Below are positions 1-10,569 of a stretch of 64,000 nucleotides of DNA, piece after piece. The DNA lies in the NCBI RefSeq assembly GCF_055900595.2, contig NZ_CM148325.1; one strand, given 5' to 3'. The notes beneath the pieces are model-generated. The model worked only from the letters and a program-made list of their open reading frames with translations. It was not told where the DNA came from and did no database searches. Within the stretch, counting starts at the first letter, position 1. Every line of letters begins with the position of its first letter. The translations under genes were made by a program, and so were the position numbers.

Positions 1-676
1 ACGACAATCGTTCAACTTCCTCATCAAACAGCTCCACGCGAAGTGCAATGTCATCCGATTCTGCCGGGAAGATATCAATCACCTCGCCACGAACGCGGAA
101 AGTGCCACGCTGGAAGGCTTGATCATTCCGGGTGTATTGCAGCTCCGCCAGTCGACGCAGGATCGCGCGCTGATCGATAATCATACCGACCGTAAGATGG
201 AGCATCATCTTGAGATATAAATCAGGATCGCCCAGACCATAAATCGCGGAAACCGATGCCACCACAACCACATCACGCCGCTCCAGCATCGCTTTGGTGG
301 CGGACAAACGCATCTGCTCGATATGTTCGTTTACCGAGGCATCTTTCTCAATGAAGGTGTCGGAACTCGGTACATAGGCTTCCGGCTGATAATAGTCGTA
401 GTAGGAGACGAAATATTCCACCGCGTTTTCCGGGAAGAACTCTTTCATTTCGCCGTACAGTTGGGCCGCCAGCGTTTTGTTGGGCGCCAGTACCATGGTT
501 GGGCGCTGAAGGTCAGCAATGACATTGGCGATGGTGAAGGTTTTCCCGGAGCCAGTTACACCGAGTAACGTCTGGTGCGCCAGGCCATCTTCCAGCCCCT
601 CTTCGAGACGTCGAATCGCCTCTGGCTGATCGCCAGAAGGTTTAAAAGCGGAATTCAGTTTGAACGGTTTACTCAT
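1..676 (-). CDS. uvrB: UvrB excinuclease subunit, N-terminal part (gene runs off the window start)
   Basis: Reverse strand from ATG at 674-676 reads [28 protein letters not shown]...[10 protein letters not shown] (Walker A); open to the window edge; sits downstream of bioD as in E. coli. Confidence 0.9.
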   Translation of the reverse strand, partial: MSKPFKLNSAFKPSGDQPEAIRRLEEGLEDGLAHQTLLGVTGSGKTFTIANVIADLQRPTMVLAPNKTLAAQLYGEMKEFFPENAVEYFVSYYDYYQPEAYVPSSDTFIEKDASVNEHIEQMRLSATKAMLERRDVVVVASVSAIYGLGDPDLYLKMMLHLTVGMIIDQRAILRRLAELQYTRNDQAFQRGTFRVRGEVIDIFPAESDDIALRVELFDEEVERLS

Positions 677-752
677 GAGTCGCTACCTGAAGGAGTTGGG
701 CGGGCAGGTATGTAATTTTACTCGTCGTACTTAATTATGCCAACAAATTATA

Positions 753-768
753 CTGGATAAAAAAACAG
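753..768 (-). promoter_or_regulatory. LexA (SOS) box of the uvrB promoter
   Basis: CTGGATAAAAAAACAG on the plus strand is a CTG-N10-CAG SOS box next to a TATAAT-like -10 on the uvrB strand, ~80 nt upstream of the uvrB start. Confidence 0.7.
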
Positions 769-1072
769 TTCCCCACCATAATATTTCTGTTACAGCGTAA
801 ACTCTGCTGTCAATCATGAGCAAAATTTACTCTGTGGCGAGATAAAACTCCGGCCTTACGGGGTTATCCCCAAAGCAACGGCTTTTTTAACATTTGTCAA
901 GATGAGTGATGACAGTTTTATGGCAAGAGATGCCTCTTCAGTGACTGCCATTGCAATTATCTAACCAGTTAAAAAATAAAAGATATTTCTTTGAGCCGTC
1001 TTTAACGCCAATTCGCGTGCAAGCCGCGTATTCTCTCGCTTGCCTCGTGTTTTCTAACTCTAATACACATGG

Positions 1073-1096
1073 TTATCCACAGGAATAGTGGATAAC
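1073..1096. promoter_or_regulatory. Inverted pair of DnaA-box-like 9-mers in the bioD-uvrB intergenic region
   Basis: TTATCCACA at 1073-1081 and GTGGATAAC at 1088-1096; consistent with the known DnaA site in the uvrB upstream region. Confidence 0.55.
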
Positions 1097-1254
1097 TGTC
1101 TGCAGCCCCTATCCCCCGCCGCCTGGGCAATTCCCACATTCACCGCATGATGCGGAAGTAAAATTTTTTTCGTGATTATTTTAGAATTTAATTGGTTAAA
1201 TTGCAGTCAACCGAAGACGCGATCTCGCTCGCAATTTAACCAAATACAGGATGG

Positions 1255-1932
1255 CTACAACAAGGCAAGGTTTATGTACTTTCCGGTTGCCGCATTTTCT
1301 GGATTTTCTGCAAGCCAGGGAATTTCGCCCAGCAGCGGCGCGGGAATCATGCGGGTGAGCGTGGTCATATATTCAGCGTGACGTTTTCCAGGAGGCGTGA
1401 CATCATTCGCCACCCAACCCGCCAGAGTCAGTCCGGCGTGTTGTATTGCCTGTGCCGTCAACATCGCGTGATTAATACAGCCGAGTTTCACACCAACTAC
1501 CAGTATCACCGGCAGTTGTTCCTGTGTTACCCAATCCGCAAAAGTGAAAGTGTCAGAAAGCGGCGTAAACCAGCCGCCAGCACCTTCCACTAACACCCAG
1601 TCAGCCTGTTGTTCAAGCGCGCGTAATCCGGCGCTCATTACCAATGATTCTATCGGCCTGCCCTCTTGCGCGCTGATGATGTGCGGTGAAGTGGGTTCTG
1701 CGAAGGTGTAAGGATTTACCGTTGCGTAATCCAGCTGCAGGCTGCCGTTGTGCTGTAACGCCAGCGCGTCACTATTACGTAAGCCGTCCGGGGTCTTTTC
1801 GCTGCCAGAGGCGACCGGTTTATAACCTGCCGTCCGATAACCTGCTGCCTTCGCGGCTTGTAAAAGTGCACAACTGGCGACAGTTTTCCCCACTTCGGTA
1901 TCCGTTCCGGTGACAAAATAACGTTTACTCAC
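1255..1932 (-). CDS. bioD: Dethiobiotin synthetase
   Basis: ORF reads (ML)[28 protein letters not shown]; P-loop GTDTEVGKT; start probably the GTG two codons inside the track ORF; last gene of the bioBFCD operon. Confidence 0.9.
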   Translation of the reverse strand: MSKRYFVTGTDTEVGKTVASCALLQAAKAAGYRTAGYKPVASGSEKTPDGLRNSDALALQHNGSLQLDYATVNPYTFAEPTSPHIISAQEGRPIESLVMSAGLRALEQQADWVLVEGAGGWFTPLSDTFTFADWVTQEQLPVILVVGVKLGCINHAMLTAQAIQHAGLTLAGWVANDVTPPGKRHAEYMTTLTRMIPAPLLGEIPWLAENPENAATGKYINLALL

Positions 1933-2680
1933 GAGCAATCACTCCCAAAAAAAGATGATACGTCAGAGGATATCGCCCCTGTTGTTGCGGCCAGGCCAGT
2001 TGCAATCGCTGCAACTGCGAACGCGTTAATATTCGTGGGTAGCGCCCTTCATGAAGATGCGTGGCACCGATGCCTTTCAGCGAACGCATGGCACTGAGCG
2101 CATCAGCAAACCACAGCGTGATGGGCTGAATATGATGTTGATAATGCACGCTGTTCAGCGACTGTTCGATTTCATCTGGCGGTAAAAAGCGATTAGCATG
2201 CGGGCGCTCGTCCACCGCCTGCCACGCCTGATGCAATTCAGGGAGCGATCCCTGCACCAGCGTGGTAAACGCGACCACGCCTCCGGGGCGCACCACGCGA
2301 TACAGCTCGCGAAGTGCCGTGGATAAATTACCGCACCACTGCACCGCGAGATTGCTCCATGCAAGATCGAAGGTTGCAGTCGCTAACGGCAGGGATTCGA
2401 TATCTCCCGCCAGATAATGGTCTGCGGCATCCTTCTGGCGTGCCTGAACAAGCATTGGCGGCGAGAGATCTAACGCTGTCACCTGCGCGTGACGTTCCCG
2501 CCAGTGGCGACTCATCCAGCCTGGTCCACAACCCGCGTCCAGCACGTGGGTGTATTTACGCTGTGGGAGCATTGCCAGTAAGACGTCAGCACTCTGGCGC
2601 TGTAGATCCGCATGTTGCTCATAATGTGCGGCTGCCCGACCAAATGCCGCAGCAATGGCTTGTTTATTAACCGTTGCCAT
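1925..2680 (-). CDS. bioC: Malonyl-ACP O-methyltransferase
   Basis: From internal ATG (2678-2680) reads [27 protein letters not shown]...[11 protein letters not shown] (SAM-binding motif); operon context. Confidence 0.9.
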   Translation of the reverse strand: MATVNKQAIAAAFGRAAAHYEQHADLQRQSADVLLAMLPQRKYTHVLDAGCGPGWMSRHWRERHAQVTALDLSPPMLVQARQKDAADHYLAGDIESLPLATATFDLAWSNLAVQWCGNLSTALRELYRVVRPGGVVAFTTLVQGSLPELHQAWQAVDERPHANRFLPPDEIEQSLNSVHYQHHIQPITLWFADALSAMRSLKGIGATHLHEGRYPRILTRSQLQRLQLAWPQQQGRYPLTYHLFLGVIARE

Positions 2681-3821
2681 GCAGCACCTCCAGCAGACGG
2701 TCGATATCCTGCATTTCATGCGCGGCGGTTAGCGTTAAGCGCAGTCGCGCAGTACCAGCGGGTACGGTTGGCGGGCGAATCGCCGTGACCCAGCAGCCTT
2801 GCTGGCGCAGTTTTTCTGCCAGTTGTAACGCACGGCTGTTATCACCGACAATCAATGGCTGGATGGCGCTGTATGAATCAGCAAGCGTAAACGGCAAATC
2901 CTGTACTCCGGCACGAAAACGCGTAATGAGTGCCGCCAGTTTTTCGCGCCGTGCATCACCCTCATCACTGCGAATGACCGCCAGCGACGCACGTAATGCC
3001 TGCGCCTGAGCGGGCGGCATACTGGTGCTGTAAATAAGATGGCGGGCAAATTGCAGTAGATAATCCGCCACCGTATCGGAGCAAAGCACCGCTGCCCCGC
3101 TGACGCCAAATCCTTTGCCAAAAGTCACCACCAGAAGTTCCGGTTTCACCTGCTGTTGCCAGCAGCTACCGCGCCCCTGTTCACCGATCACGCCCGTGCC
3201 GTGGGCATCGTCGACCATCAACCAGCCGTTGTGCTGTTGCGTTACCTGCTGGATTTCCGCCAGTGGCGCACTATCGCCGTCCATGCTGAACACGCCTTCT
3301 GTCACCACCAGTTGCTGCCCCGGACAGGGGGAAGCAAGCAGTCGCGCCAGATGAGCGACATCGTTATGGGTAAAACGGCGAAGCTGCGACGGGCTTAAAC
3401 TGGCAGCTTCCAGCAATGAGGCGTGACTCAGCCGATCGGCAACAATACGGTCCTCTTTCGCCGTCATCGCGGTAATGACTGCCTGGTTAGCGGCAAAACC
3501 AGAGATAAACAGCAGTGCCCGCGAATAGCCCAGCCACTCGGCCAGTTCTTCTTCCAGCGCCTGATGCGCCACGCTATAACCGCTGACGTGACCGGAACCG
3601 CCGCTACCGACGCCAAATTGCTCCGCACCCTGCTTCCATGCACGGATGATGTGCGGATGATGACTTAAACCTAAATAATCGTTACTGGAAAAGTTCAGAT
3701 ACTGGCATTCATCCGCCACCAGCCAGCGTCCGGCCCCTTGCGCCACCGGATAACGGCGACGCAGGGCATCGGCAGCACGCCGCGCATCGAGCGCCGCGTT
3801 GATTTTCTCCTGCCAGCTCAT
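2667..3821 (-). CDS. bioF: 8-amino-7-oxononanoate synthase
   Basis: 384 aa ORF, PLP-dependent aminotransferase-like ([12 protein letters not shown]); between bioB and bioC with overlapping stops and starts. Confidence 0.9.
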   Translation of the reverse strand: MSWQEKINAALDARRAADALRRRYPVAQGAGRWLVADECQYLNFSSNDYLGLSHHPHIIRAWKQGAEQFGVGSGGSGHVSGYSVAHQALEEELAEWLGYSRALLFISGFAANQAVITAMTAKEDRIVADRLSHASLLEAASLSPSQLRRFTHNDVAHLARLLASPCPGQQLVVTEGVFSMDGDSAPLAEIQQVTQQHNGWLMVDDAHGTGVIGEQGRGSCWQQQVKPELLVVTFGKGFGVSGAAVLCSDTVADYLLQFARHLIYSTSMPPAQAQALRASLAVIRSDEGDARREKLAALITRFRAGVQDLPFTLADSYSAIQPLIVGDNSRALQLAEKLRQQGCWVTAIRPPTVPAGTARLRLTLTAAHEMQDIDRLLEVLHGNG

Positions 3822-4858
3822 AGTGCTGCCGCGTTGTAATATTCGTCAGTGTCCGGGGTCATCAGCGCCTGTTCAAGACGTTGCTGTTGTTCGTTATCGC
3901 CCGCCAGCACTGCGGTTTGCTGCGGATTTAACCCCAGTTTGCGGAACAGTTGCAGGTCTTTATCTTCTTCCGGATTCGGCGTGGTCAGCAATTTGCAACC
4001 GTAGAAAATCGAGTTTGCGCCAGCCATAAAGCACATCGCCTGAGTCTGTTCGTTCATCTGCTCGCGTCCGGCAGAAAGGCGCACGTAAGAGGTCGGCATC
4101 ATGATCCGCGCGACTGCAATAGTGCGAATAAAATCAAAGGCATCGACATCATCGTTATCTGCCAGTGGAGTGCCTTTCACCTTCACCAGCATGTTGATTG
4201 GTACGCTTTCCGGCGGCGTCGGCAGGTTTGCCAGTTGCAGCAATAATCCAGCGCGATCTTTTACCGTTTCGCCTAAACCTACAATGCCACCTGAACAGAC
4301 TTTGATCCCGGCATCACGCACTTTTTCCAGCGTGTCGAGACGTTCCTGATAAGTGCGTGTGGTGATGATATTGCCGTAAAACTCCGGCGAGGTGTCGAGG
4401 TTGTGGTTGTAGTAATCCAGCCCGGCATTCGCAAGGCGCTGCGCCTGAGATTCACTCAACGTGCCCAGCGTCATACACGCCTCCAGGCCCATCGCTTTTA
4501 CCCCCTGCACCATCTGTTCCAGGTACGGCATGTCGCGTTCGTGGGGATTCTTCCACGCCGCGCCCATACAGAAACGTGTCGATCCCGCCGCTTTCGCTTT
4601 TCGCGCCGACTCCAATACCTGTTCAACTTCCATCAACCGCTCAGCTTCCAGTCCGGTTTTATAACGCGAGCTTTGCGGGCAGTATTTGCAATCTTCCGGA
4701 CAAGCTCCGGTTTTAATTGACAGCAAAGTACTGACCTGCACCTGACGAGGATCGAAATGCTGACGATGCACCTGCTGCGCTTCAAACAGCAGATCCAGCA
4801 ACGGTTTTTCAAATAATTCTGTGACTTGCGACAATGTCCAGCGTGGGCGGTTAGCCAT
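3818..4858 (-). CDS. bioB: Biotin synthase (radical SAM)
   Basis: 346 aa; [11 protein letters not shown] radical-SAM cysteine motif; divergent from bioA across the bio operator. Confidence 0.92.
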   Translation of the reverse strand: MANRPRWTLSQVTELFEKPLLDLLFEAQQVHRQHFDPRQVQVSTLLSIKTGACPEDCKYCPQSSRYKTGLEAERLMEVEQVLESARKAKAAGSTRFCMGAAWKNPHERDMPYLEQMVQGVKAMGLEACMTLGTLSESQAQRLANAGLDYYNHNLDTSPEFYGNIITTRTYQERLDTLEKVRDAGIKVCSGGIVGLGETVKDRAGLLLQLANLPTPPESVPINMLVKVKGTPLADNDDVDAFDFIRTIAVARIMMPTSYVRLSAGREQMNEQTQAMCFMAGANSIFYGCKLLTTPNPEEDKDLQLFRKLGLNPQQTAVLAGDNEQQQRLEQALMTPDTDEYYNAAAL

Positions 4859-4900
4859 GGGGCTTCTCCAAAACGTGTTTTTTGTTGTTAATTCGGTGTA

Positions 4901-4940
4901 GACTTGTAAACCTAAATCTTTTCAATTTGGTTTACAAGTC
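4901..4940. promoter_or_regulatory. bio operator (BirA site) in the divergent bioA/bioBFCD promoter region
   Basis: Imperfect 40-bp palindrome GACTTGTAAACCTAAATCTTTTCAATTTGGTTTACAAGTC between the bioB and bioA starts. Confidence 0.8.
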
Positions 4941-4944
4941 GATT

Positions 4945-6234
4945 ATGACAACGGACGATCTTGCCTTTGACCAACGCCATATCTGGCACCCATACACATC
5001 CATGACCTCCCCGCTACCGGTTTATCCGGTGGCGAGCGCCGAAGGTTGCGAGCTGATTTTGTCTGACGGCAGACGCCTGATTGACGGTATGTCGTCCTGG
5101 TGGGCGGCAATCCACGGCTACAACCACCCGCAGCTCAATGCGGCAATGAAGTCGCAAATTGATGCCATGTCGCATGTGATGTTTGGCGGTATCACCCATG
5201 CGCCGGCCATCGAGCTATGCCGCAAACTGGTGGCGATGACGCCGCAACCGCTGGAGTGCGTTTTTCTCGCGGACTCCGGCTCCGTAGCGGTGGAAGTGGC
5301 GATGAAAATGGCGTTGCAGTACTGGCAAGCCAAAGGCGAAGCGCGCCAGCGTTTTCTGACCTTCCGCAATGGTTATCATGGCGATACCTTTGGCGCGATG
5401 TCGGTGTGCGATCCAGACAACTCAATGCACAGCCTGTGGAAAGGCTATCTGCCAGAAAACCTGTTTGCTCCCGCGCCGCAAAGCCGCATGGATGGCGAAT
5501 GGGATGAACGCGATATGGTGGGCTTCGCACGTCTGATGGCGGCGCATCGTCATGAAATCGCGGCGGTGATCATTGAACCGATTGTTCAGGGCGCTGGCGG
5601 AATGCGCATGTACCATCCGGAATGGTTAAAACGAATCCGCAAAATGTGCGTTCGTGAAGGTATCTTGCTGATTGCCGACGAGATAGCCACCGGATTTGGT
5701 CGTACCGGCAAACTGTTTGCCTGCGAACATGCAGAAATTGCGCCGGACATTTTATGCCTCGGTAAAGCCTTAACCGGCGGTACGATGACCCTTTCCGCCA
5801 CGCTCACTACGCGCGAAGTGGCTGAAACTATCAGCAACGGCGAAGCCGGATGCTTTATGCACGGGCCAACCTTTATGGGCAATCCGCTGGCCTGCGCGGC
5901 AGCAAACGCCAGCCTGGCCATTATCGAATCTGGCGACTGGCAGCAGCAGGTAGCGACTATTGAAGCACAACTGCGCGAGCAACTGGCTCCTGCCCGTGAC
6001 GCCGAAATGGTTGCCGATGTGCGCGTGCTGGGAGCGATTGGCGTGGTCGAAACCACTCGTCCGGTGAATATGGCTGCGCTGCAAAAATTCTTTGTCGAAC
6101 AGGGTGTCTGGATCCGACCTTTTGGCAAGCTGATTTACCTGATGCCACCCTATATCATTCACCCGCAACAGTTGCAGCGCCTGACCGCAGCGGTTAATTG
6201 CGCGGTGCAGGATGAAACATTTTTTTGCCAATAA
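4945..6234 (+). CDS. bioA: Adenosylmethionine-8-amino-7-oxononanoate aminotransferase
   Basis: From ATG 4945 reads [25 protein letters not shown], 429 aa; the track ORF start at 4882 lies inside the operator and is unlikely; class III aminotransferase motifs. Confidence 0.9.
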   Translation: MTTDDLAFDQRHIWHPYTSMTSPLPVYPVASAEGCELILSDGRRLIDGMSSWWAAIHGYNHPQLNAAMKSQIDAMSHVMFGGITHAPAIELCRKLVAMTPQPLECVFLADSGSVAVEVAMKMALQYWQAKGEARQRFLTFRNGYHGDTFGAMSVCDPDNSMHSLWKGYLPENLFAPAPQSRMDGEWDERDMVGFARLMAAHRHEIAAVIIEPIVQGAGGMRMYHPEWLKRIRKMCVREGILLIADEIATGFGRTGKLFACEHAEIAPDILCLGKALTGGTMTLSATLTTREVAETISNGEAGCFMHGPTFMGNPLACAAANASLAIIESGDWQQQVATIEAQLREQLAPARDAEMVADVRVLGAIGVVETTRPVNMAALQKFFVEQGVWIRPFGKLIYLMPPYIIHPQQLQRLTAAVNCAVQDETFFCQ

Positions 6235-6292
6235 CGAGCAGTCAGCGTGAGGTTTTCTGGCTACACTTTCTGCAAACAAGAAAGGAGGGTTC

Positions 6293-6769
6293 ATGAAACT
6301 CATTAGTAATGATCTGCGCGATGGCGATAAGCTGCCGCATCGCCATGTCTTTAACGGCATGGGTTACGATGGCGATAATATTTCGCCGCATCTGGCATGG
6401 GATGATGTTCCTGCGGGAACCAAAAGTTTTGTCGTCACCTGCTACGACCCGGATGCGCCAACTGGCTCTGGCTGGTGGCACTGGGTAGTTGTTAACTTAC
6501 CCGCTGATACCCGCGTATTACCGCAAGGGTTTGGCTCTGGTCTGGTAGCAATGCCAGACGGCGTTTTGCAGACGCGAACTGACTTTGGTAAAACCGGGTA
6601 CGATGGCGCAGCGCCGCCGAAGGGCGAAACTCATCGCTACATTTTTACCGTTCACGCGCTGGATGTAGAACGTATTGATGTCGATGAAGGTGCCAGTGGC
6701 GCGATGGTCGGGTTTAACGTCCATTTCCACTCTCTGGCAAGCGCCTCGATTACTGCGATGTTTAGTTAA
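6293..6769 (+). CDS. ybhB: PEBP/YbhB-family protein
   Basis: 158 aa, MKLISNDLRDGDKLPHRHVF...; located between bioA and the lambda attachment site as in K-12. Confidence 0.85.
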   Translation: MKLISNDLRDGDKLPHRHVFNGMGYDGDNISPHLAWDDVPAGTKSFVVTCYDPDAPTGSGWWHWVVVNLPADTRVLPQGFGSGLVAMPDGVLQTRTDFGKTGYDGAAPPKGETHRYIFTVHALDVERIDVDEGASGAMVGFNVHFHSLASASITAMFS

Positions 6770-6859
6770 TTGCTCAACCAGATGGCGCAATGCTATCTGG
6801 TATCACTTAAAGGTATTAAAAACAACTTTTTGTCTTTTTACCTTCCCGTTTCGCTCAAG

Positions 6860-6874
6860 TTAGTATAAAAAAGC
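6860..6874. repeat. Prophage-host junction core (bio-proximal), lambda att core sequence
   Basis: TTAGTATAAAAAAGC (reverse complement of GCTTTTTTATACTAA), with CGCTCAAG host arm to the left and lambda P-arm-like sequence to the right; identical 15-mer at 45587-45601. Confidence 0.85.
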
Positions 6875-7018
6875 TGAACGTGAAACATTAAAAGCCATTA
6901 ATATCAATGCATTACAATATTTTTAGTCTAAAAAATAGACTACATAATGCTACAAAACACAACATACCCAGTCACTATGAATCAACCACTTAGATGGTAT
7001 TAGTGACCTGTAACAGAG

Positions 7019-7062
7019 CATTAGCGCAAGGTGACTTTTTGTCTTCTTGCGCTAATTTTTTG
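7019..7062 (+). terminator. Hairpin plus T-run at the inner edge of the P arm
   Basis: ATTAGCGCAAG...CTTGCGCTAAT stem followed by TTTTTTG; oriented to stop transcription entering from the ybhB side. Confidence 0.45.
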
Positions 7063-7265
7063 TCAAACACATTACGTCGTTTGCTGAATTTACAACCATG
7101 CTCAGTATCTCGATAAGCGCAGAGAAATGATGCAGTGGTGGGCGGATTGGCTTGATGAAAAGGTGTAGCAACCAACATTGCTATATCTCAGATAGCACAA
7201 AGCCTTGCAATCCAGTGCAAAGCTTTGTGTGTCTCAGTTTTGTCTCATCGGTAATTATGTGTTCG

Positions 7266-7565
7266 CTACGATGCAAGAATCCATACCAATAAGCATCCGA
7301 TAATTGGGAAAGAAAAATCCAACAAACTTCCCACATCCCACACGCGTGGATCAAAACCTCCCCACCACGGCATGTTGACACGTTTCCCTTTCCCAAACTT
7401 TTCTATCCAGCGATATTCTGCCTGGGTGTGTTCACGCGCAATGAAGAACGTACAACCGGCTATCGCACCGTAAGCCCAGTTTCCGGTAAAAATACCAACC
7501 AGTACCTGAGCCGCAAAAGCGCAAAGCGAGTGAAGAAATGGAGTGACATCAATGCTCTTAATCAT
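7266..7565 (-). CDS. Small predicted inner-membrane protein, function unknown (accessory gene)
   Basis: 99 aa with hydrophobic segments ([27 protein letters not shown]); start overlaps the tailspike stop (ATGA); last gene before the att site. Confidence 0.5.
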   Translation of the reverse strand: MIKSIDVTPFLHSLCAFAAQVLVGIFTGNWAYGAIAGCTFFIAREHTQAEYRWIEKFGKGKRVNMPWWGGFDPRVWDVGSLLDFSFPIIGCLLVWILAS

Positions 7566-9619
7566 GAAACTTCCCCATTGGTTGAAAATATGGCTCCTCC
7601 AACTCCAAGTGTATTTCGTGTTGTGCTCAACCTAAGAGGGCTGGAGTCAGAATTAGAATATCCTGTAGCAGAAATAAAAGATCCTCCACTAATAGTCAAC
7701 TGCGGAACATCGGCTATATCTGAATAAGTTCTGTCAGCAACAGTATTATTTATAGCCACATGTGATCCAAAAAAACTTCTTATTGTTTGGTTTTTAACTT
7801 TACTTCCTTCAATGGTTATCCTACTACCACAGTCAGCAATAAATCCTGAATCTGCATCCAGCGTTGCATTCATAAAAGAAGCTTCAGATCTCTCTACATC
7901 AATCCATCTAATATCTTTTGTGGGATTTGCACCAAATACATGACAAATATTAGAGTTAAACCTTACACCATCTTGGAGGTGCATTAATTTTTTTATATCT
8001 GTACCCCATAGCCTTGGAAAATTAACAGATGCTCCTGCATGGCAATCAAATCCCAGCTCAACCCCTGAGATATCTACAGCCTTTCCGGAAATAACAGCAC
8101 CAGTGTCTGCATTAACGGCTGTTCCACAATTGCGCATATCATTACCAGCAACATCAACACAACCCGCACCATCAATACGCACACCAAGTGCACATCCATA
8201 AAAACCTTTTTCAATATTTGGTTCAAGGACTTTACCACTTGTTTCTGCATCACTTTCTTCAACGTCATGTCGTCTTGCATCAACATATGCTGTATGAATG
8301 CACGTTAATCCACGATATGAGCAATGTATAGTTTTATGGTCGCGTATATTAACATTTGAACCATCTCTTACATTCCATCCTATATAACAATAGCTTGCAC
8401 TTGACCCCTGAAAATCTGCTTTAACATTATAAATACAATTAACTGACGCAACCGTACTCTCTGTGCACCGTTCAAACTTACTTACAGGCATTGATGCCTT
8501 GACATTATTTACCAGTTGCAGGGAAGAGTATCTGCTATAAGAAAAATCACATACGTAATACCCTTCTGGCATATATGCAGCAACACTTTCCTCATCAGGA
8601 GCACATCCGGTATGATATGCACTAATTTTTGCACCAAAACTACCATGAATTCCAACGTAGAACTTTCGAGCACCTGAATACGGATAGAAATTAAGTTCAG
8701 CTTTTTGAGTTACAATAAATGCACAAACATCGCTATCATCTCTATTTTCTTCAATCTGAATAGCAAATACAGGACTTTTTGCTGCATCGCAAATGTAAAA
8801 TAAATATTTGTATTCGTAATACGTCCTAACAGTTTTAGTAAACAAACTGGTATCAGAGAAAACCACTGAGTCTTCTGATATTATTTTAATCCATGATAAG
8901 TCACATCCTGCTGAAATTTCTATTTGCTCATTGAGCACAAAACCGGAAAGAATTTTAATTATGCAAAAATCAATGCCATTTTTCCATAGTGGACGCAGTG
9001 CAACAGCTGAGTTTAGAGCATCACTAATAGATTTAAAATTACCATATTCCCCAACTGTTATTGTGAATGCATACCTGGAATTAAATACTGCGGCACTCTC
9101 TCCAGAGTTAATAGCTGCAGATATCATGTCATAATTTGATATAAAATCATTTGGCGTGATTATTTCTGCGTTTTTATTGTGCTGTGTTCTAAGTTTTGAA
9201 TTTACATGAACACTTTTAACTGCAATACGGGAGTCGTCAACAAGTATTTCATTACCCTCTGTTGCTAACTCTTGTCTTAACTGATCCGGGTCATACTTCA
9301 GCACATTCGGAAAATAGAACTGCTGCACACCGTACGCATCATAAACAGCCATAGAATGGCCCTGTACAGTAACGAATTTGGCAATCTGTCCGTTATATAC
9401 CGGATATCCAGCAGCGTTAATGATGATTGGTTGCGAAACAGGAACGTGAGATCCATCTTCGTTCTCTACATAAACCTGAATCTGGTTTTCAGGATTTACA
9501 GGGGCAGTATCAATTTTACCGATATAAATTTTGCCATTGGCTACGGCTTTAAAAGAACGCGCCATAGTGAAGAGTTGCGAAGGCATACTCACTACAACAT
9601 TGGCTGTAATGTCTGTCAT
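7562..9619 (-). CDS. Tailspike protein with P22 gp9-like N-terminal head-binding domain and a different receptor-binding domain
   Basis: N-terminus [38 protein letters not shown]...VLKYDPDQ matches the P22 tailspike head-binding domain as I recall it; remaining ~570 aa unrelated to P22 endorhamnosidase. Confidence 0.85.
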   Translation of the reverse strand: MTDITANVVVSMPSQLFTMARSFKAVANGKIYIGKIDTAPVNPENQIQVYVENEDGSHVPVSQPIIINAAGYPVYNGQIAKFVTVQGHSMAVYDAYGVQQFYFPNVLKYDPDQLRQELATEGNEILVDDSRIAVKSVHVNSKLRTQHNKNAEIITPNDFISNYDMISAAINSGESAAVFNSRYAFTITVGEYGNFKSISDALNSAVALRPLWKNGIDFCIIKILSGFVLNEQIEISAGCDLSWIKIISEDSVVFSDTSLFTKTVRTYYEYKYLFYICDAAKSPVFAIQIEENRDDSDVCAFIVTQKAELNFYPYSGARKFYVGIHGSFGAKISAYHTGCAPDEESVAAYMPEGYYVCDFSYSRYSSLQLVNNVKASMPVSKFERCTESTVASVNCIYNVKADFQGSSASYCYIGWNVRDGSNVNIRDHKTIHCSYRGLTCIHTAYVDARRHDVEESDAETSGKVLEPNIEKGFYGCALGVRIDGAGCVDVAGNDMRNCGTAVNADTGAVISGKAVDISGVELGFDCHAGASVNFPRLWGTDIKKLMHLQDGVRFNSNICHVFGANPTKDIRWIDVERSEASFMNATLDADSGFIADCGSRITIEGSKVKNQTIRSFFGSHVAINNTVADRTYSDIADVPQLTISGGSFISATGYSNSDSSPLRLSTTRNTLGVGGAIFSTNGEVS

Positions 9620-9687
9620 TTAATTTGCTCCAGATACAAGGAATCGCCGCAGCATTGCCACAGTGATGCATTATTAATCAAACAAAG

Positions 9688-9702
9688 AGACCACTGTGGT
9701 CT
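9688..9702. promoter_or_regulatory. Palindromic operator-like site between the tailspike and mnt-like gene
   Basis: AGACCACTGTGGTCT (7-1-7 palindrome), resembling the P22 Mnt operator in symmetry and position. Confidence 0.5.
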
Positions 9703-9765
9703 TATTGAGGATGCAACCAGCAGATAATAAGATGCCGATCCACTCACAAAAGCGAGGCATCAAGA

Positions 9766-10134
9766 ATGGGAAGAGATGACCCGCAATTTAATCTGCGGCT
9801 ACCTTACGAATTAAAGGAAAAACTAAAACAGCGAGCCAAATCCAATGGCCGCTCTCTTAATTCAGAATTAGTTCAGATAGTGACTGATGCTGTATCAAAG
9901 CCATCCAAAATTTCAGGCTATCGAGACGATGCGGAACGCATCGCTGATGAGCAGTCAGAGCTTGTTAAGAAGATGGTGTTTGATACGCTGAAGGATTTGT
10001 ACAAAAACCCACCTGATGGTGGGTTCCATTTATTAGTCTTGCTTTGTGGACGGTATAAGGGATGCATTTGCCTCTTTAGGCTTCAAGGTATACATCCCAC
10101 CATTAAATGGATCTACAGCAAGCCAACCAATTAA
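9766..10134 (+). CDS. mnt: Mnt-like ribbon-helix-helix repressor with ~40 aa C-terminal extension
   Basis: MGRDDPQFNLRLPYELKEKLKQRAKSNGRSLNSELVQIV...DAERIADEQSELVKKMVFDTLKDLYK closely follows P22 Mnt; ORF then continues antisense to the neighbouring lipoprotein gene. Confidence 0.75.
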   Translation: MGRDDPQFNLRLPYELKEKLKQRAKSNGRSLNSELVQIVTDAVSKPSKISGYRDDAERIADEQSELVKKMVFDTLKDLYKNPPDGGFHLLVLLCGRYKGCICLFRLQGIHPTIKWIYSKPTN

Positions 10135-10452
10135 CCCACCAAACACAAGGTTTCCACCAATATACCAACCATTAGCATTGGCTTTGATTGGCAGGGTAAC
10201 TGGTTCGTACCCATCCTTCTCCATAGTGATCTGGTAGCTCTTTTTGCCAAAATAACTACCATCTGACTTGGCAAGAGTTACTCCTTGCGGGGTCTTACCT
10301 TGCGCAACAATCACGCCTGATTCGTCTTTTACCTTAAAGCTCGCACCGGAAGGATTGCTGTTCACTTGCACAAGCTGTGTTTCGTCACCAACAATAGTTG
10401 CGCACCCAGATAACATGATAACGCCAGCAACGACGCCAATAATCCTCTTCAT
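10033..10452 (-). CDS. Lipoprotein with PEGA-like domain, function unknown
   Basis: MKRIIGVVAGVIMLSGC lipobox signal; VNSNPSGASFKVKDESGVIVAQGKTPQGVTL resembles the PEGA motif; convergent with mnt. Confidence 0.6.
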   Translation of the reverse strand: MKRIIGVVAGVIMLSGCATIVGDETQLVQVNSNPSGASFKVKDESGVIVAQGKTPQGVTLAKSDGSYFGKKSYQITMEKDGYEPVTLPIKANANGWYIGGNLVFGGLIGWLAVDPFNGGMYTLKPKEANASLIPSTKQD

Positions 10453-10569
10453 ATCAATTTCCATATTTAAAAAACCGGAAACATCCTAATGACAAACCAT
10501 TCAAATGTGAAGTAGGCAAAAGATGTTTACTTTTTTCATGGTATCCTGCTCAAAACTAAGGAGGTTGGC

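Noticed and set aside
323-568. 81 aa plus-strand ORF near the window start
   Set aside because: Antisense to uvrB coding sequence.
4882-4944. N-terminal extension of the bioA track ORF ([21 protein letters not shown])
   Set aside because: It is translated from the bio operator palindrome itself; the conserved BioA N-terminus MTTDDLAF begins at 4945.
5586-6360. Long antisense ORFs (180 and 196 aa) inside bioA
   Set aside because: They lie entirely within the well-supported bioA coding sequence on the opposite strand, in GC-rich DNA that generates spurious ORFs; no RBS or start context.
6990-7396. Minus-strand ORFs of 62 and 71 aa between the att core and the membrane-protein gene
   Set aside because: They overlap the lambda P-arm recombination sequence and the end of the 99 aa gene, with no RBS; more likely noncoding.
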